Positions 9,797 through 19,917 are shown, counted from the stretch's first letter. The stretch: 64,000 nt of DNA from an uncultured Acidimicrobiales bacterium (GCA_963768255.1 CAVYGX010000005.1:35094-99093), one strand, 5' to 3'. Program-made: numbers and translations. Notes: a model not told the origin generated them from the sequence alone.

Positions 9797-10690
9797 ATGA
9801 GACAGACGGGACCTGTACCGACAACGTTCTTGGGGGCAGGCGGGATTCGACTGGCGTCCGATTCCTATGGGGACCCCGATAGTTCGCCTGTTCTGCTGTT
9901 TCATGGTGGTGGCCAGACCCGTCATTCCTGGCATACCACGGCAGAGACACTTGCTCGTCAGGGGTGGCGGGCGATCAGTGTCGACCTCCGGGGGCATGGC
10001 GAGAGCCAGTGGCCGGACAATGGTGACTACAGCATTGACGCATTTGCCGGCGATGTCGTGTCCATTGCTTCGGCACTGGACCAGAAACCGGCCCTGGTCG
10101 GCGCGTCATTGGGGGGCGTTGCCTCGTTGGTCGCAGCAGGCGAGTCGCCCGACGACCTCGCCACCGCGCTCGTGCTCGTCGACATCGCCCCTCGCATCGA
10201 GCTCACGGGTGCCCTGCGCATCGGCGGGTTCATGATGCAGAACATGGAAAGCGGATTTGCCTCAGTCGAAGAAGCAGCTGCAGCTGTCGCCGCCTACAAC
10301 CCGAATCGCCCCCCTCCATCCGACTTTTCCGGACTGATGAGAAACCTTCGGCGACGCGAGGATGGAAGGTTGGTGTGGCACTGGGATCCCCGGTTCCTTA
10401 CGAGGCAAGCCGGTGGACTCGACGAGACCAGGGTCTCCCTGATGGACGGCGACCGACTTGATGCAGCAGCCCGGGCACTACGCATCCCGACGCTGCTGGT
10501 GCGTGGCCGCATGAGCGACGTCCTCAGCGAAGATGGGGTCCGTCAGTTCCGGGAACTGGTCCCTGGAGCCGAGTTTGTCGACGTCGCCGATGCGGGACAC
10601 ATGGTGGCCGGCGACAGGAACGATGTCTTCAACGAAGCCATCGTGGGGTTCTTGAATCGCCGTATCTCATCGAAGTCCGATGCCAAATGA
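9797..10690 (+). CDS. Alpha/beta hydrolase
   Basis: VLLFHGGGQTRHSW, VDLRGHGES, nucleophile elbow GASLGG, and C-terminal ...DAGHMVAGDRND. The start is uncertain (ATG 9797 versus the upstream 9677). Confidence 0.85.
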   Translation: MRQTGPVPTTFLGAGGIRLASDSYGDPDSSPVLLFHGGGQTRHSWHTTAETLARQGWRAISVDLRGHGESQWPDNGDYSIDAFAGDVVSIASALDQKPALVGASLGGVASLVAAGESPDDLATALVLVDIAPRIELTGALRIGGFMMQNMESGFASVEEAAAAVAAYNPNRPPPSDFSGLMRNLRRREDGRLVWHWDPRFLTRQAGGLDETRVSLMDGDRLDAAARALRIPTLLVRGRMSDVLSEDGVRQFRELVPGAEFVDVADAGHMVAGDRNDVFNEAIVGFLNRRISSKSDAK

Positions 10691-10767
10691 CGACCTCAAC
10701 GAGGTAGGGACCGAATCCGTACCGGAAGTCCCGCCACTGCTCTTGTCCCGCCGAGGGGCATGGTCGT

Positions 10768-11351
10768 ATGGTCGTAGCTATGCATAAGCGAGCGCCCTGC
10801 GCCGTGGGTGTCCTGGTGGTCGGCATCGTGCTGGCGGGCTGTGGATCGGGGAGCGGCAGTCCTGGTACCAGTCCGACCTCATCCCCCACGACATCGCCGA
10901 CGTCCTCGCCCACGACCACTCCGTCAGCGACCTCAGCGCCACCGAAGAACACGCCGACGACGGGGGCCGCGAAACGGGCGCATCGACATGCCCGACCCTG
11001 ACCCAAGCAAATACCGCGCTTGGCGTCTCTTTCGGCAACTTGGTCCAGACCGCAACGGCCGGCGGTGGGATCGTGTGCGAGTACACCGGCGGTGCGGCCG
11101 GAAATGCCGGCGTCACGATATTCGCGCACCAGAGCGTCAGCGTCTTCGCTGGGCAGGTCGCCCACGCCCCTGGGGCGCCTGCCATGCCGGCGATATCAGG
11201 TGTCGGCGACGGAGCCTTCGGCATGACCACGGCCGGTCGCTCGATCGTTAATGCCTACTCCAATGGGAGCCGGACACTTGTGGCGGCCCAAGCCCCGGGC
11301 GCTCTGGCCCCCGTCGAGGCTCTCGCCCGGGTGGCTCTCTCCGACAACTGA
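10768..11351 (+). CDS. Lipoprotein with Pro/Thr/Ser-rich linker; reading frame disrupted (two ORF pieces, 10768-11001 and 11040-11351)
   Basis: Piece 1 carries a signal peptide with a canonical lipobox (VLAGCGSG) and a PT-rich linker, then runs into RAHRHARP-stop. Adding one base in or near the G5 run (10962-10966) reads through as ...TTGGRETGASTCPTLTQANTALGVSFGNLVQTATAGGGIVCEY... into piece 2. The piece-2 frame has no ATG/GTG/TTG upstream of 11040. Confidence 0.65.
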
Positions 11352-11449
11352 CCGAGCGGCCCTGGTCCGCCCCGGGTAGGTCCATCGGCGCTGGGCTTGG
11401 TGGCGGTAGCGGCGGCGGCGCGAGCGACTCGAGAGCCCGGCAGGTTCGA

Positions 11450-12344
11450 TCAGAAGACGGCGATCGGGTTCGCCGGGGAAGCTGTGCCCCTGTGCAACAC
11501 GAGCGGTGCCACCACAAAGAGAAAACTCCAAAGACCCTCAGCGGTGCACGCGAGTGCCAGCTCATCGAGGTCGAGATTGTCCAGAAGGCTGACACCCATC
11601 GCCACGATAGCCACGGTGTGAATCGGCATGCCGATCCCCTCTATACGCGACGGCATGACGTCGGAGACTCCGTCGCTTCCCAACACGGCTACCTCCCGGT
11701 CGCGCAGCCACGAAAGGCACGAGGCGTCCAATCCGGCCATTCCCTCGTTGGGAGCCCAAGGGCCGTGTGTCTCGCGCCACCGCCAGCGCCCTGTTCGCAC
11801 GAGGAGCGCATCCCCGCTGTGAGCCTTGACCCCCGCGGCGTCTTCTGCTGCCGCGAGGTCGTCGGGAAAGATCGGCTCTCCCGGCTCCAACGCGTCAACA
11901 CCTCGCACGGCGGGCACATCAAGGAGAACTCCCCGAGTCACGACCCCGGATCGAAGGTGCTGTATACCGAGCTTGGCTGCCCCGTGAGCCGTGACCGACT
12001 CCGCCGAGAATCCGTTGTACATCCTGCCTTCGTGAAAGATGTGGCACAGGGCGTCGATATGACTCGTTGCATATCCGTGCGTGGCGATCGCGAAATAATC
12101 GGCCCCGTAGCCCTCGGTTGCCGTGCCGGTCATGTGGTGGACAACCGGGTTGAGGTTGTCGGGTCCGGGCTGTGTGGGAAGTGGGCGGGCACACGACACG
12201 GTCCGCCCCGACCGCACGGTGGCTGCCGCCGCTGCCGTGACGGCCGGCGTGATGAAATTCGAGCGTCCCGAGCTCGTCGCCCGCACCCCAGCGTCCCCAG
12301 TTGGAGAGCTCTCCATGGAGACGAGAGACTTCCTCCGCACTCAT
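11450..12344 (-). CDS. Cyclase-family protein (putative cyclase / kynurenine-formamidase-like fold); reading frame disrupted near the N-terminus
   Basis: The body has ...THGYATSHIDALCHIFHEGRMYNG...RGVLLDVP...GDALLVRTG.... The family-typical N-terminus MSAEEVSRLHGELSNWGRWGAGDELGTL is in another frame (ORF 11919-12386). It joins NFITPAV... only if one base is removed around 12254-12263. Confidence 0.8.
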
Positions 12345-12389
12345 CGGCTCGCGCGCCACCTGCGCACGATAGCCGGGAAGTCGCATCGA

Positions 12390-13724
12390 CTATCGGCGTC
12401 GCGCCCCCGCCGGTAGTCGAGCGTCCCTCGTTGGTGGGGGGGCTGCCCCCCATCGTGTCTTGCGCTCCTTGCGTTTCTTCTTCGCTTCGCTGTACTCCCA
12501 TGGGTACAGGCGCGGCCCTCCACGAGGCGATACAGGAATCGCCAAAAGGACGAGGAAGAACGGGAGCAGCAGCACCCGCTCGCGGTCGATCAGGCCGAGA
12601 TTGTTGAGCGCGGCGAATGCGTAGGGAAACGCAATGGTGTAGAGCACGCACATGAGCACGTAGGGTCGGACGAACGAGGCACGAGGGAGGCGCCGCAGCC
12701 GACGGAGTGAGGTCAGGATGAGGATGATGATGACAATATTCTCGAATGCGGCGAGGCGCTGGGCCGAACCGTGGGCGTTGATCGTGGGGTCGAACAAGAC
12801 CGTGTAGATGTCCTTTGGATAATAGGCCGGGCCCGGATGGTAATTGAGGCTGCTCGGCTGTCCGACGTTGTTTTTCGCCAGCTGGGTCAGGTTGAACACC
12901 GGGGCCTTTTTTGCCAATTGCTGTGACAGAGACACCGCGGCTAGGAGCAAAGCCGCTTGGAGTCCCATCACGAGAATGCGGCGGAGCCCGCGCAGCGATT
13001 TTTGCGCGTTGCGCCGGCGGAACAGGCCGGCCACGGCGAAAGCCACCATGAAGAGCAACAACTCTTGGGGCCGAACGTAGATCCCGATGATGGTCCCGAC
13101 GACGAGGAGCGGAGCGCCACCCCGTTTGTGGGCCAAGACACTGGCGGCGCCCAATGCGCAAAGGCCGAGCGACAGGTACATCATCGTCTCTTTGCTGGCG
13201 TCCGCGGTCCAGTACAGCAACGACGGCAGGAAGAACACCATGTAGGCGTATCGACGCCTGTTGCCTTCGGGAAACGTGAGTGAAAAGGCGCGATAAAACG
13301 CGACGGTGGCGAGGAAGGCGAGCCAACTGAACACGACGAACAGCCCCAACTTGTTCACACCGATAATCGCCATGATCACGCCACAGGCAATGCTGACCGA
13401 ACCCTGGTTGAGCACGTCGATCGGTGGCCTGACCCCGGCCAACGAGAAATTGAAGGTGCGGAAGCGCCGAGCGAGAATCGCTCCCTGGTCGACGTACCGA
13501 GTGGTGTCGGTGACCCCGTGGTAGATGTGCACGACCACCCAGAGGTTCACTTCACTCATGAGCAAGTGCACGACGACGGCGGCCATGAGGATTCGGTAGA
13601 GCTGGGGATCGCGCTCTCGTGCCGCCACACGGCGGGCAATGGGCACGGTGAAGATGACCAGGAAGATGGCGATCGCCAGGGCAATGGTCTTGTCCGAGTG
13701 GACGCGCAGTGCCGCCGCGAGCAT
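12390..13724 (-). CDS. Polytopic integral membrane protein (about 10+ TM; possibly a glycan polymerase/glycosyltransferase-like protein)
   Basis: Long ORF (track 12390-14027) with many hydrophobic helices and a Lys/Arg-rich tail. ATG 13724 (MLAAALRVHSDK...) is preferred because the upstream 100 aa are Pro/Arg-rich and non-protein-like. The functional guess is weak. Confidence 0.6.
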   Translation of the reverse strand: MLAAALRVHSDKTIALAIAIFLVIFTVPIARRVAARERDPQLYRILMAAVVVHLLMSEVNLWVVVHIYHGVTDTTRYVDQGAILARRFRTFNFSLAGVRPPIDVLNQGSVSIACGVIMAIIGVNKLGLFVVFSWLAFLATVAFYRAFSLTFPEGNRRRYAYMVFFLPSLLYWTADASKETMMYLSLGLCALGAASVLAHKRGGAPLLVVGTIIGIYVRPQELLLFMVAFAVAGLFRRRNAQKSLRGLRRILVMGLQAALLLAAVSLSQQLAKKAPVFNLTQLAKNNVGQPSSLNYHPGPAYYPKDIYTVLFDPTINAHGSAQRLAAFENIVIIILILTSLRRLRRLPRASFVRPYVLMCVLYTIAFPYAFAALNNLGLIDRERVLLLPFFLVLLAIPVSPRGGPRLYPWEYSEAKKKRKERKTRWGAAPPPTRDARLPAGARRR

Positions 13725-14254
13725 TACGACATCCTCGACGGGCGCGGTACCGAACCCTGCGACCCGACGGGGGTCTCGGATTCGATCGCGATGTTCTGCC
13801 TCCGACCGTCGCCCAGCCGACTCGGTTGTCCCGCGCGGTCCGGCGCGAAGCGACCGGCCCCAAGACGGCGTTTCAGCCCCAGGTCGCATCGGGGGTGTGC
13901 GCGCCGGAGCCCGGGGCTCCAGGAATGCGGGCCGGGGTGCTACCGGGAACCTCCGAAACGGTCGGGAGCCGGGCGAGGCCTCGGGAGTCGACCAGGACCG
14001 CCAGAACTCAATAATCGCCACCCCCACGGCGCTTCTCCCCGTCCTGGACCGATCGACACAGCTTACTTACTGTCGGTGCGTTGTTGCCACGGAGAGAGAG
14101 ATCGCACGACGGCCTCTCCCCGTCGTCGGTCACACCTGAGTCGTCCATCGTGGAGCGGGACCCGACCCCGACACGGCAGCCGCCACGGGCCTGTGTCCCC
14201 TCCCGAGAGACCCAGGGAAACACAGAGACCCTCCGAGCTGCGCACCCGGTCGCC

Positions 14255-15208
14255 CTACCGGGCCTCGATACAGGTTCGAAGGAAGCTCTCGAGTCGTGGC
14301 CACCAGTGGGTCAGCACCGTTGGCAACCCGATGCACCCATGGGGAGCTTCGGGGTACACCAGCAACTCGGTGTCGTTGTCCGCGACCACCCAGCGATCGG
14401 CAAAGAAAAGGGTGTCATCCAACAGATGGTCGGCCGTGCCGACCGTGAAGAGCGCAGGAGGCATTCCTCGGAGATCTGCGTACAGAGGAGAGACGTCGGG
14501 ATGGCGGCGCTGCTCCGATGTCATGCCCGGTAAGAATTGCTCGACCATGAAGCGCATATTTTCGGGGTCGAGGAGGTCGGCCCCCGGAGCCATCCCGATG
14601 CCCCCGGCGCTTGGTGTGCCGTCGAGGTCGTAGGCGCCGAAGACCAGGTTGGCTCCGCAAAATGGGCGATCGGCACCATGCCGGTCGCGCAGCCGAAGCA
14701 AGGTCACCGCACAGAGGTGGGCACCGGCCGACTCCCCCCCGATGAGTAGGTGATCGGTTCCGTACTCCTTGGCCGCGTTCTCGATCAACCACAAGGCGGC
14801 TGCCTCGCAATCATCGGGCCCGGCCGGATAGGGGTGCTCGGGCGACAGTCGGTACTCGACGCTCACGATGGCCAGGTTCAGGTGCTCGCTCAGCGCTTCG
14901 TTCAACAGATCGGTCAGCTCAGGCTCGCCGGCGATCCACCCGCCTCCGTGGATGTGCAGCATGGCTCCGTCCGCTCGTTCGGGGCGGAACTCCCGAAGGC
15001 GGAGAGGACCCGCGGGACCGCTGATGATGCGGTCCACCCCTCTTTCGGAGCGCATGATCAACGCCGATTCGGCGGCTCGTTGAGCGAGTGCACGTTCGAT
15101 CGCCGGGCCGGTGCTCACCTCGGCCGCGGGATAGCGGCCGACGAACTCCTTGGACTCCGATCGAATCTGTTCCCGTGCCCTTTCCAGCTCCTCGTCCCAC
15201 AGTCTCAC
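14255..15208 (-). CDS. Alpha/beta hydrolase fold-3 esterase/lipase (HSL-like)
   Basis: HGGG oxyanion motif (LHIHGGGWIAG), GESAG nucleophile elbow (IGGESAGAHL) and DxL...H at the C-terminus. Confidence 0.9.
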   Translation of the reverse strand: MRLWDEELERAREQIRSESKEFVGRYPAAEVSTGPAIERALAQRAAESALIMRSERGVDRIISGPAGPLRLREFRPERADGAMLHIHGGGWIAGEPELTDLLNEALSEHLNLAIVSVEYRLSPEHPYPAGPDDCEAAALWLIENAAKEYGTDHLLIGGESAGAHLCAVTLLRLRDRHGADRPFCGANLVFGAYDLDGTPSAGGIGMAPGADLLDPENMRFMVEQFLPGMTSEQRRHPDVSPLYADLRGMPPALFTVGTADHLLDDTLFFADRWVVADNDTELLVYPEAPHGCIGLPTVLTHWWPRLESFLRTCIEAR

Positions 15209-15344
15209 GGATCACCTGAGCTTTCTGATCTGGCTCGATCAAGACGTTAAACGAAGATCACCGTCGCCCTCGCTCCGGCCGTTCGTGGGGGAATTCCACT
15301 CGTCACCTCACATCGTTCGACGGCCGAGGCGTAGGCTGTCGGGC

Positions 15345-15521
15345 ATGGCTCGGCGCAAGTCCCTCCGCTCTCAGCTGTATCGGGCCGCCCGGGACCTCGG
15401 CAACATTCAGGCTGCCGAAAAAGGCCCGACCGCCTACGGCAAGCGAGTGGTACGCCGCAAGACCTATGCCAAGACCAACGGCGCTTTGGGTCGTGTGCTC
15501 CGGAGCATCCTGCGCGGCTGA
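15345..15521 (+). CDS. Small basic hypothetical protein (58 aa)
   Basis: MARRKSLRSQLYRAARDLGNIQAAEKGPTAYGKRVVRRKTYAKTNGALGRVLRSILRG is a coherent Lys/Arg-rich small protein from an ATG inside track ORF 15150-15521. It resembles small conserved actinobacterial proteins I recall, but this is unverified. Confidence 0.45.
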   Translation: MARRKSLRSQLYRAARDLGNIQAAEKGPTAYGKRVVRRKTYAKTNGALGRVLRSILRG

Positions 15522-15618
15522 CGGACTGGGTCAGCACCTGAGAGGGTCTCCCACGAGTTCCCGTCGCCACCGCTACGAGAACGGGAAAGGGAAGGGTCAG
15601 GGCTAACGGCTATCGGCG

Positions 15619-15978
15619 CTAATCGACCTGCTCGGACGGAAGCTCCGGCGGCGCGGTGGGGTCGGACCCGGGCTCGACCGGTTCCCGATGACCGCCCGGA
15701 GCCGCACCCGGACCGGAGCTCGTGGCCCCATCGACCTCCGCTGCTTCTCGGAGCGGGCCCTCGCGCCATACCTCGCTGTCGGGTCCGCCCCTCTCCACCT
15801 CGGCCTGGGACGTCGGTTCCGGGTGAGGCGAGACCCAGGGTCCCGGATCATGGGCAACGGGGCCATCGTCTGGTCGCGATCCCGACGGCGGTCGTTGGGA
15901 CTCGTCACGGAATCGACGGATGCGCCACAGGAGTCGCCGCGGGGCGTCGACGAGGGCGAGCAGCACGAGGCCGACCAC
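15619..15978 (-). CDS. Hypothetical membrane-anchored Pro/Glu-rich protein; start unresolved
   Basis: The listed GTG start lies inside a hydrophobic helix. The frame is open further upstream (...GIGWTFPLGAALIVVGLVLLALV...) but has no ATG/GTG/TTG before the next stop (about 16227). Confidence 0.25.
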   Translation of the reverse strand: MVGLVLLALVDAPRRLLWRIRRFRDESQRPPSGSRPDDGPVAHDPGPWVSPHPEPTSQAEVERGGPDSEVWREGPLREAAEVDGATSSGPGAAPGGHREPVEPGSDPTAPPELPSEQVD

Positions 15979-16241
15979 GATCAGAGCTGCGCCCAGAGGG
16001 AAGGTCCATCCGATTCCGTCGAGTGTAGGCGGACCGATCGGCCGAGGTCGGCCTGCGTCCGCGGTCCACCGGACGACGGGCCGGGGGACTTCCGCGGACT
16101 CATACGGGTGAACGAGGACGCGGTCTGTGCTCCACCACCGGCCCTCCGATCCGCGGCGGCCACAAGGTATGCTCCGCGGGCTCGGCGCACCGCCGGAGAC
16201 ACCGAGGCCAAATCGTGCGCTCGCTCATGGGGAGGGTGACC

Positions 16242-17117
16242 ATGCGATGGGTATCGAGATTCGCCATCGCACTGTTGCTTGTCGCAGCAGGTCTCGGCTT
16301 GCAATCCACCTCTCGGGCTGGCGCCTCGGGCTGGTGGGTTCCCCCACTGGGCAATCAACCCTGGCAGTGGGAGCTCAGCCATCCTCTGAGGCTCACGAAT
16401 GCCCGGGACATGGGGACAAATGACAAGCTCCCCGACGGCCAGCGCGCACCGGCACCCGTGATCTATGACATCGACGGCATCATCAATCCCGCATCGACAG
16501 TCTCAGCCCTGCATGCGTTGGGAAAGCACGTCGTGTGTTACATCGAAGTCGGCGCCGCCGGGAATTACTACTCCGCGGCACAAGAAGGCATACCCACGAC
16601 GTACTACCAGCAGTTTCAGGACGCCGGCCTGCTCGGCACGAAGGTGTCGGGCTATCCCGAGTACTACCTGAACATTCAGTCACCACTCACCGTCTCGATC
16701 ATCGAGTCGATGATCGAGAAACAGTGTGCCGCGAAAGGATTCGACGCAGTCGAGACCGACATCGACGAGGAGTACACCAATGTCCGTGGCTTGACCAAAG
16801 CCGAGGAAGAGTCCTACATGACGACACTGGCAAACTACATGCACGGCCTCGGGCTCGGCTGGTGGATCAAGAACCCAGACGACACCGGAGACAGCTACGC
16901 CACCGACATGTACCCGCTGGCTGACGCCGTGTTGACGGAGCAGTGCAACCAGTACTCGACCTGTGGGGCGCTGTCGGCATATTTGGGGCACAAAGCGGTC
17001 TTCAATGCGGAATACCGATTAAAGCCCAAGAAGTTCTGCCCTCTTGACAACCTGCGAGGGTTCAATGGCGCCAGGTTCAACGTCGGGCTCACGGGCATTC
17101 GCAAGCCCTGCCAATGA
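16242..17117 (+). CDS. Secreted GH114-family glycoside hydrolase (endo-alpha-1,4-polygalactosaminidase-like)
   Basis: Signal peptide (MRWVSRFAIALLLVAAGLGL). WQWELSHPL, IYDIDG, HVVCYIEVGA, GYPEYYLNI, KGFDAVETDIDEEY and GLGWWIKN match the GH114 TIM-barrel pattern as I know it. GGAGGG lies 6 nt upstream of ATG 16242. Confidence 0.8.
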   Translation: MRWVSRFAIALLLVAAGLGLQSTSRAGASGWWVPPLGNQPWQWELSHPLRLTNARDMGTNDKLPDGQRAPAPVIYDIDGIINPASTVSALHALGKHVVCYIEVGAAGNYYSAAQEGIPTTYYQQFQDAGLLGTKVSGYPEYYLNIQSPLTVSIIESMIEKQCAAKGFDAVETDIDEEYTNVRGLTKAEEESYMTTLANYMHGLGLGWWIKNPDDTGDSYATDMYPLADAVLTEQCNQYSTCGALSAYLGHKAVFNAEYRLKPKKFCPLDNLRGFNGARFNVGLTGIRKPCQ

Positions 17118-17155
17118 TGGCCCGGTGGGAGATCATCCTCGCCGAGCTGCGACGT

Positions 17156-17461
17156 TCACTCCGGGAGCAGGCGGTACGAACGGATCATGGTCGCGTCGGC
17201 CTGGATCGGCCCCTCGACCAACCGGTCCTTGATGTCGGCCTGAAACTCACTGAACGCCGCTGACGTCGTCAAGGGGTTCTCGTCACCGTCGAGGACGGCG
17301 ACGTGCATGAAGCTGACCCCGTCTTCCAGCCGGAAGGTGGCGTAGCGCAAGCCGTCGGGGTTCTTCACCGCCAGCTCGTCGAACACGGCGCGGATCAGTC
17401 GTTCGCTCTCGTCTGCATGTTCTGGCTTCGTCGTGTAACGGATCACCTTGGTGACGGACAT
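17156..17461 (-). CDS. ABM-domain (antibiotic biosynthesis monooxygenase-like) protein
   Basis: 101-aa ferredoxin-like small protein (VIRYTTKPEHADE...FMHVAVLDGDENPL...EFQADIKDR). The size and pattern fit the ABM/Dabb superfamily. Confidence 0.65.
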   Translation of the reverse strand: MSVTKVIRYTTKPEHADESERLIRAVFDELAVKNPDGLRYATFRLEDGVSFMHVAVLDGDENPLTTSAAFSEFQADIKDRLVEGPIQADATMIRSYRLLPE

Positions 17462-17479
17462 GGTCTCCCCTCGAATCGT

Positions 17480-17881
17480 TCAGGTGGCACGCATCTTGTT
17501 GTTGCGGGGATCGTGGGTGAGCTCGGCCAGACCCAGCCGCTCGAGCAGGGGCGGCAGGTACATGCCGAACCGGCCGCGATAGCCCTTCCGGAGGCCGTAC
17601 CAGCCCCCCACGGGGTTGTCCGACGATCGCCCCCACGCCTCCACGGTGCCCGGCGCCGCGTCCTTCTTTTCGTCGGTGGCGCCGAGGACGACCCAGTCAC
17701 CTTGTTCGGACAGCCACGCATGGAGGTCCTCGACGGCCTGGAGGTGGTACTTCAACGTGGTGGAGCCCACCTGGCAGACCAGGGTCGGAGGGTCGGCCTG
17801 CTCGTCCTTGTACATCGTGTACTCCGAGGTGCCCGGCGGGGTCTTGAGCACCCACGGGTCCTCCTTGGTGCCCGCGGCCAT
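17480..17881 (-). CDS. Conserved hypothetical protein
   Basis: MAAGTKEDPWVLKTPPGTSEYTMYKDEQADPPTLVCQVGSTTLKYHLQAVEDLHAWL...GWYGLRKGYRGRFGMYLPPLLE... Its ATG overlaps the stop of the upstream SRPBCC gene (TGATG at 17879-17883). It looks like a conserved actinobacterial DUF, but I cannot name the family with certainty. Confidence 0.7.
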   Translation of the reverse strand: MAAGTKEDPWVLKTPPGTSEYTMYKDEQADPPTLVCQVGSTTLKYHLQAVEDLHAWLSEQGDWVVLGATDEKKDAAPGTVEAWGRSSDNPVGGWYGLRKGYRGRFGMYLPPLLERLGLAELTHDPRNNKMRAT

Positions 17882-18396
17882 CACAGGACTCCCGTTGCCA
17901 TGTGTCGATTCACGACGACGCGCTCGAAACCACCCGGTGCCACCGTCCGGGCCAGGATCCCGAGGGATGCTCGCAGCGCGCCCTCGGAGATGATCGGGAA
18001 GATGCCGGCGTCTCTCCAGACCGCATCGATCGCGGACCAGTCGTAGTACGACGTGACGAGGGTGCCGCCGTCGATGGGCTCCAGTGCGTAGCCGTACACG
18101 TGGCCCATGGGCGGTTGGATCTGACCGGAGACGGTCCACGCGATGTCGCGGTCGGGAACGAAGGTCGTGATGATGACGGTCACGTCGTAGCGACCCATCG
18201 GGTAGTCGTTGAGGGCCTCGCGATCCATGTGCACCACGAAGCTGTCGCCGACGGCCTTCACGGGCTCACCGGTGGCGTCCATGAGCATGCCCGAGCTGTC
18301 GATGGCCACATGCCCCTTCGGGTCACACAGCACCGTGAAGATGGCGGCCGGTTCGGCCGCGATGGTCCGTTGAACCTCCATGCGTTCCGATGTCAT
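17881..18396 (-). CDS. SRPBCC-family protein (polyketide cyclase/dehydrase-like)
   Basis: MTSERMEVQRTIAAEPAAIFTVLCDPKGHVAIDSSG... is the typical SRPBCC opening. ATG 18396 is preferred over 18504. Confidence 0.8.
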   Translation of the reverse strand: MTSERMEVQRTIAAEPAAIFTVLCDPKGHVAIDSSGMLMDATGEPVKAVGDSFVVHMDREALNDYPMGRYDVTVIITTFVPDRDIAWTVSGQIQPPMGHVYGYALEPIDGGTLVTSYYDWSAIDAVWRDAGIFPIISEGALRASLGILARTVAPGGFERVVVNRHMATGVL

Positions 18397-18600
18397 GTCC
18401 GAATCCTGCCACGATCCCCGACCCCCATCGCGAGGACCCTCTGTCGGGGCCCGAGGCCTCCCCGCGGGGCCGATCGGATTGGCCCCAAGTTCTCCGGCCG
18501 CCATGGTAAGAACGTCAGGTATCCCGTTCCCGCGCCGGGGACCTGGTGGTCCTGGTCAGGCACCACGGGCACGACGCGGATGCGGAGAAAGGCGGACGTG

Positions 18601-18927
18601 ATGTTCCTCATCGTCGGGATCAAGCGGATGGCGCGTCGGCTGGCCACGGTGTTCGCCATGTGCGCCCAGTGTGGATCGCCCGCCGCACAGGTCGTGGTGC
18701 GCCGGACCACGTGGTTCTCCCTCTTCTTCATCCCCGTCGTGCCGCTCGGGACGAAGTACGCCTCGACCTGCACGCTGTGCGGCGTGTCCACCCGGCTCGA
18801 CAAGGAGCAGGCGCTGCGGACCGTGGCACTGGCGCAGCAGATGTCGGACATGTCCCCGGGCGCGGGCGTCGCGCCACCGGGCATCCCCCAAGCACCGCAG
18901 GCGCCCTCGCCTCCCCTGAATCCTTGA
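18601..18927 (+). CDS. Zinc-ribbon domain membrane protein
   Basis: MFLIVGIKRMARRLATVFAMCAQCGSPAAQ...FFIPVVPLGTKYASTCTLCGVS... has CxxC...CxxC flanking a TM segment and a Pro-rich tail. ATG at 18601 inside track ORF 17902-18927. Confidence 0.75.
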   Translation: MFLIVGIKRMARRLATVFAMCAQCGSPAAQVVVRRTTWFSLFFIPVVPLGTKYASTCTLCGVSTRLDKEQALRTVALAQQMSDMSPGAGVAPPGIPQAPQAPSPPLNP

Positions 18928-18945
18928 CGAGATAGCCGAGCCGAC

Positions 18946-19601
18946 ATGGGCGAGAAGGAGGCCCGCAACCCCGACGAGCTCCCGTCCCCGGACCGCAACA
19001 CCCCGTGGGAGATTCAAGAGATCGCCGCGGCGGCGCTCCTGCTCGTGGTGGCTGTGGTGGCAGTGACCGGGGTGGCGGCAGGCATCGTCGCCAGCACCGA
19101 GACGGACCTCGGATCCTTCGGGCGTGACGCTGTCTCCGAAGTCCTCCTCCAGTCGACGTTGTGGGCCGGAGTCCTCATTGCCTTCCTGGTCGTCTCGGCC
19201 CTCGGCCTGGTGTGGTGGCAGGTCGACGGGTGGACCGATGCTCTCGAGGATCTCGACGACGATCGGACCGACGATGACCGCGACGGTTCCGGTCCAGCAG
19301 TAGAGGCCCACGAAACCGACGAGGCGGTCGCCCACATCCGGAGAAACCGGTCGCTCGGGGGACCTGGGGGGCGGTATCGCTTCTTGTCATCGCCCTGGGG
19401 GCGGTCGGGGCGTTGGTCGGGGCGGTCGTGCAACAGACGACGACGCCACCCTCATTGGATTGGCAAGAGGTGATTTCCATTTCCGGGAGTGCCCTGGCCA
19501 CACTGATCCTGGCGGGTGTGGGCGTCTACGGGAACCTCCGCATCCGCGCGCTCTGCGACCGCCCCACGGGGCTCGATCGGCGCGCCGTTGACGGTGGATG
19601 A
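18946..19601 (+). CDS. Hypothetical 4-TM membrane protein; reading frame disrupted at a G6 run
   Basis: Piece 1 (18946-...) has two TM helices and an acidic loop, then turns into Arg/Ser junk after 19366. With a seventh G in the run 19366-19371 it continues ...RSLGGPGGAVSLLVIALGAVGALVGAVVQQ...ISISGSALATLILAGVGVYGNL... to the stop at 19601 (frame of track ORF 19413-19601). Confidence 0.5.
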
Positions 19602-19614
19602 GAGGTCGAGGGAC

Positions 19615-19735
19615 TTCTCCTCCGTCGAGATAGGCGTCGGGGAGCGGCCCGCGATACCCCGACTGCCAGGTGCGGACCTGCACCCCCGCCACCTCTGCGG
19701 GCGTCCTCGGGCCGGGCGGGGCGTAGCTTCAGCAC
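19615..19735 (-). pseudogene. Possible relic of the N-terminus of a GNAT-family acetyltransferase
   Basis: (GTG)LKLRPARPEDA in one frame and VAGVQVRTWQSGYRGPLPDAYLDG in the next frame resemble the usual GNAT opening (xLRPAxPxDA...W..AYRG.LP..YLD.L). No continuation is recognisable downstream. Confidence 0.3.
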
Positions 19736-19917
19736 CTGGGTATTCTCGCCGTCCCGCGGCCCGCTCGGGCGTGGCTGGGTCCCACCGAGAGGGCCCCAAC
19801 GTCACCTGACGCGGCCTTTTGAACGCTGCTGGTAGGCGTTAGGCTGGTTCAGGGCCATCTCTCTCGGGGAGGCGATGGCATCGGGGGGGACGGGTTCATG
19901 CGCAGGGGGGACTCGGG

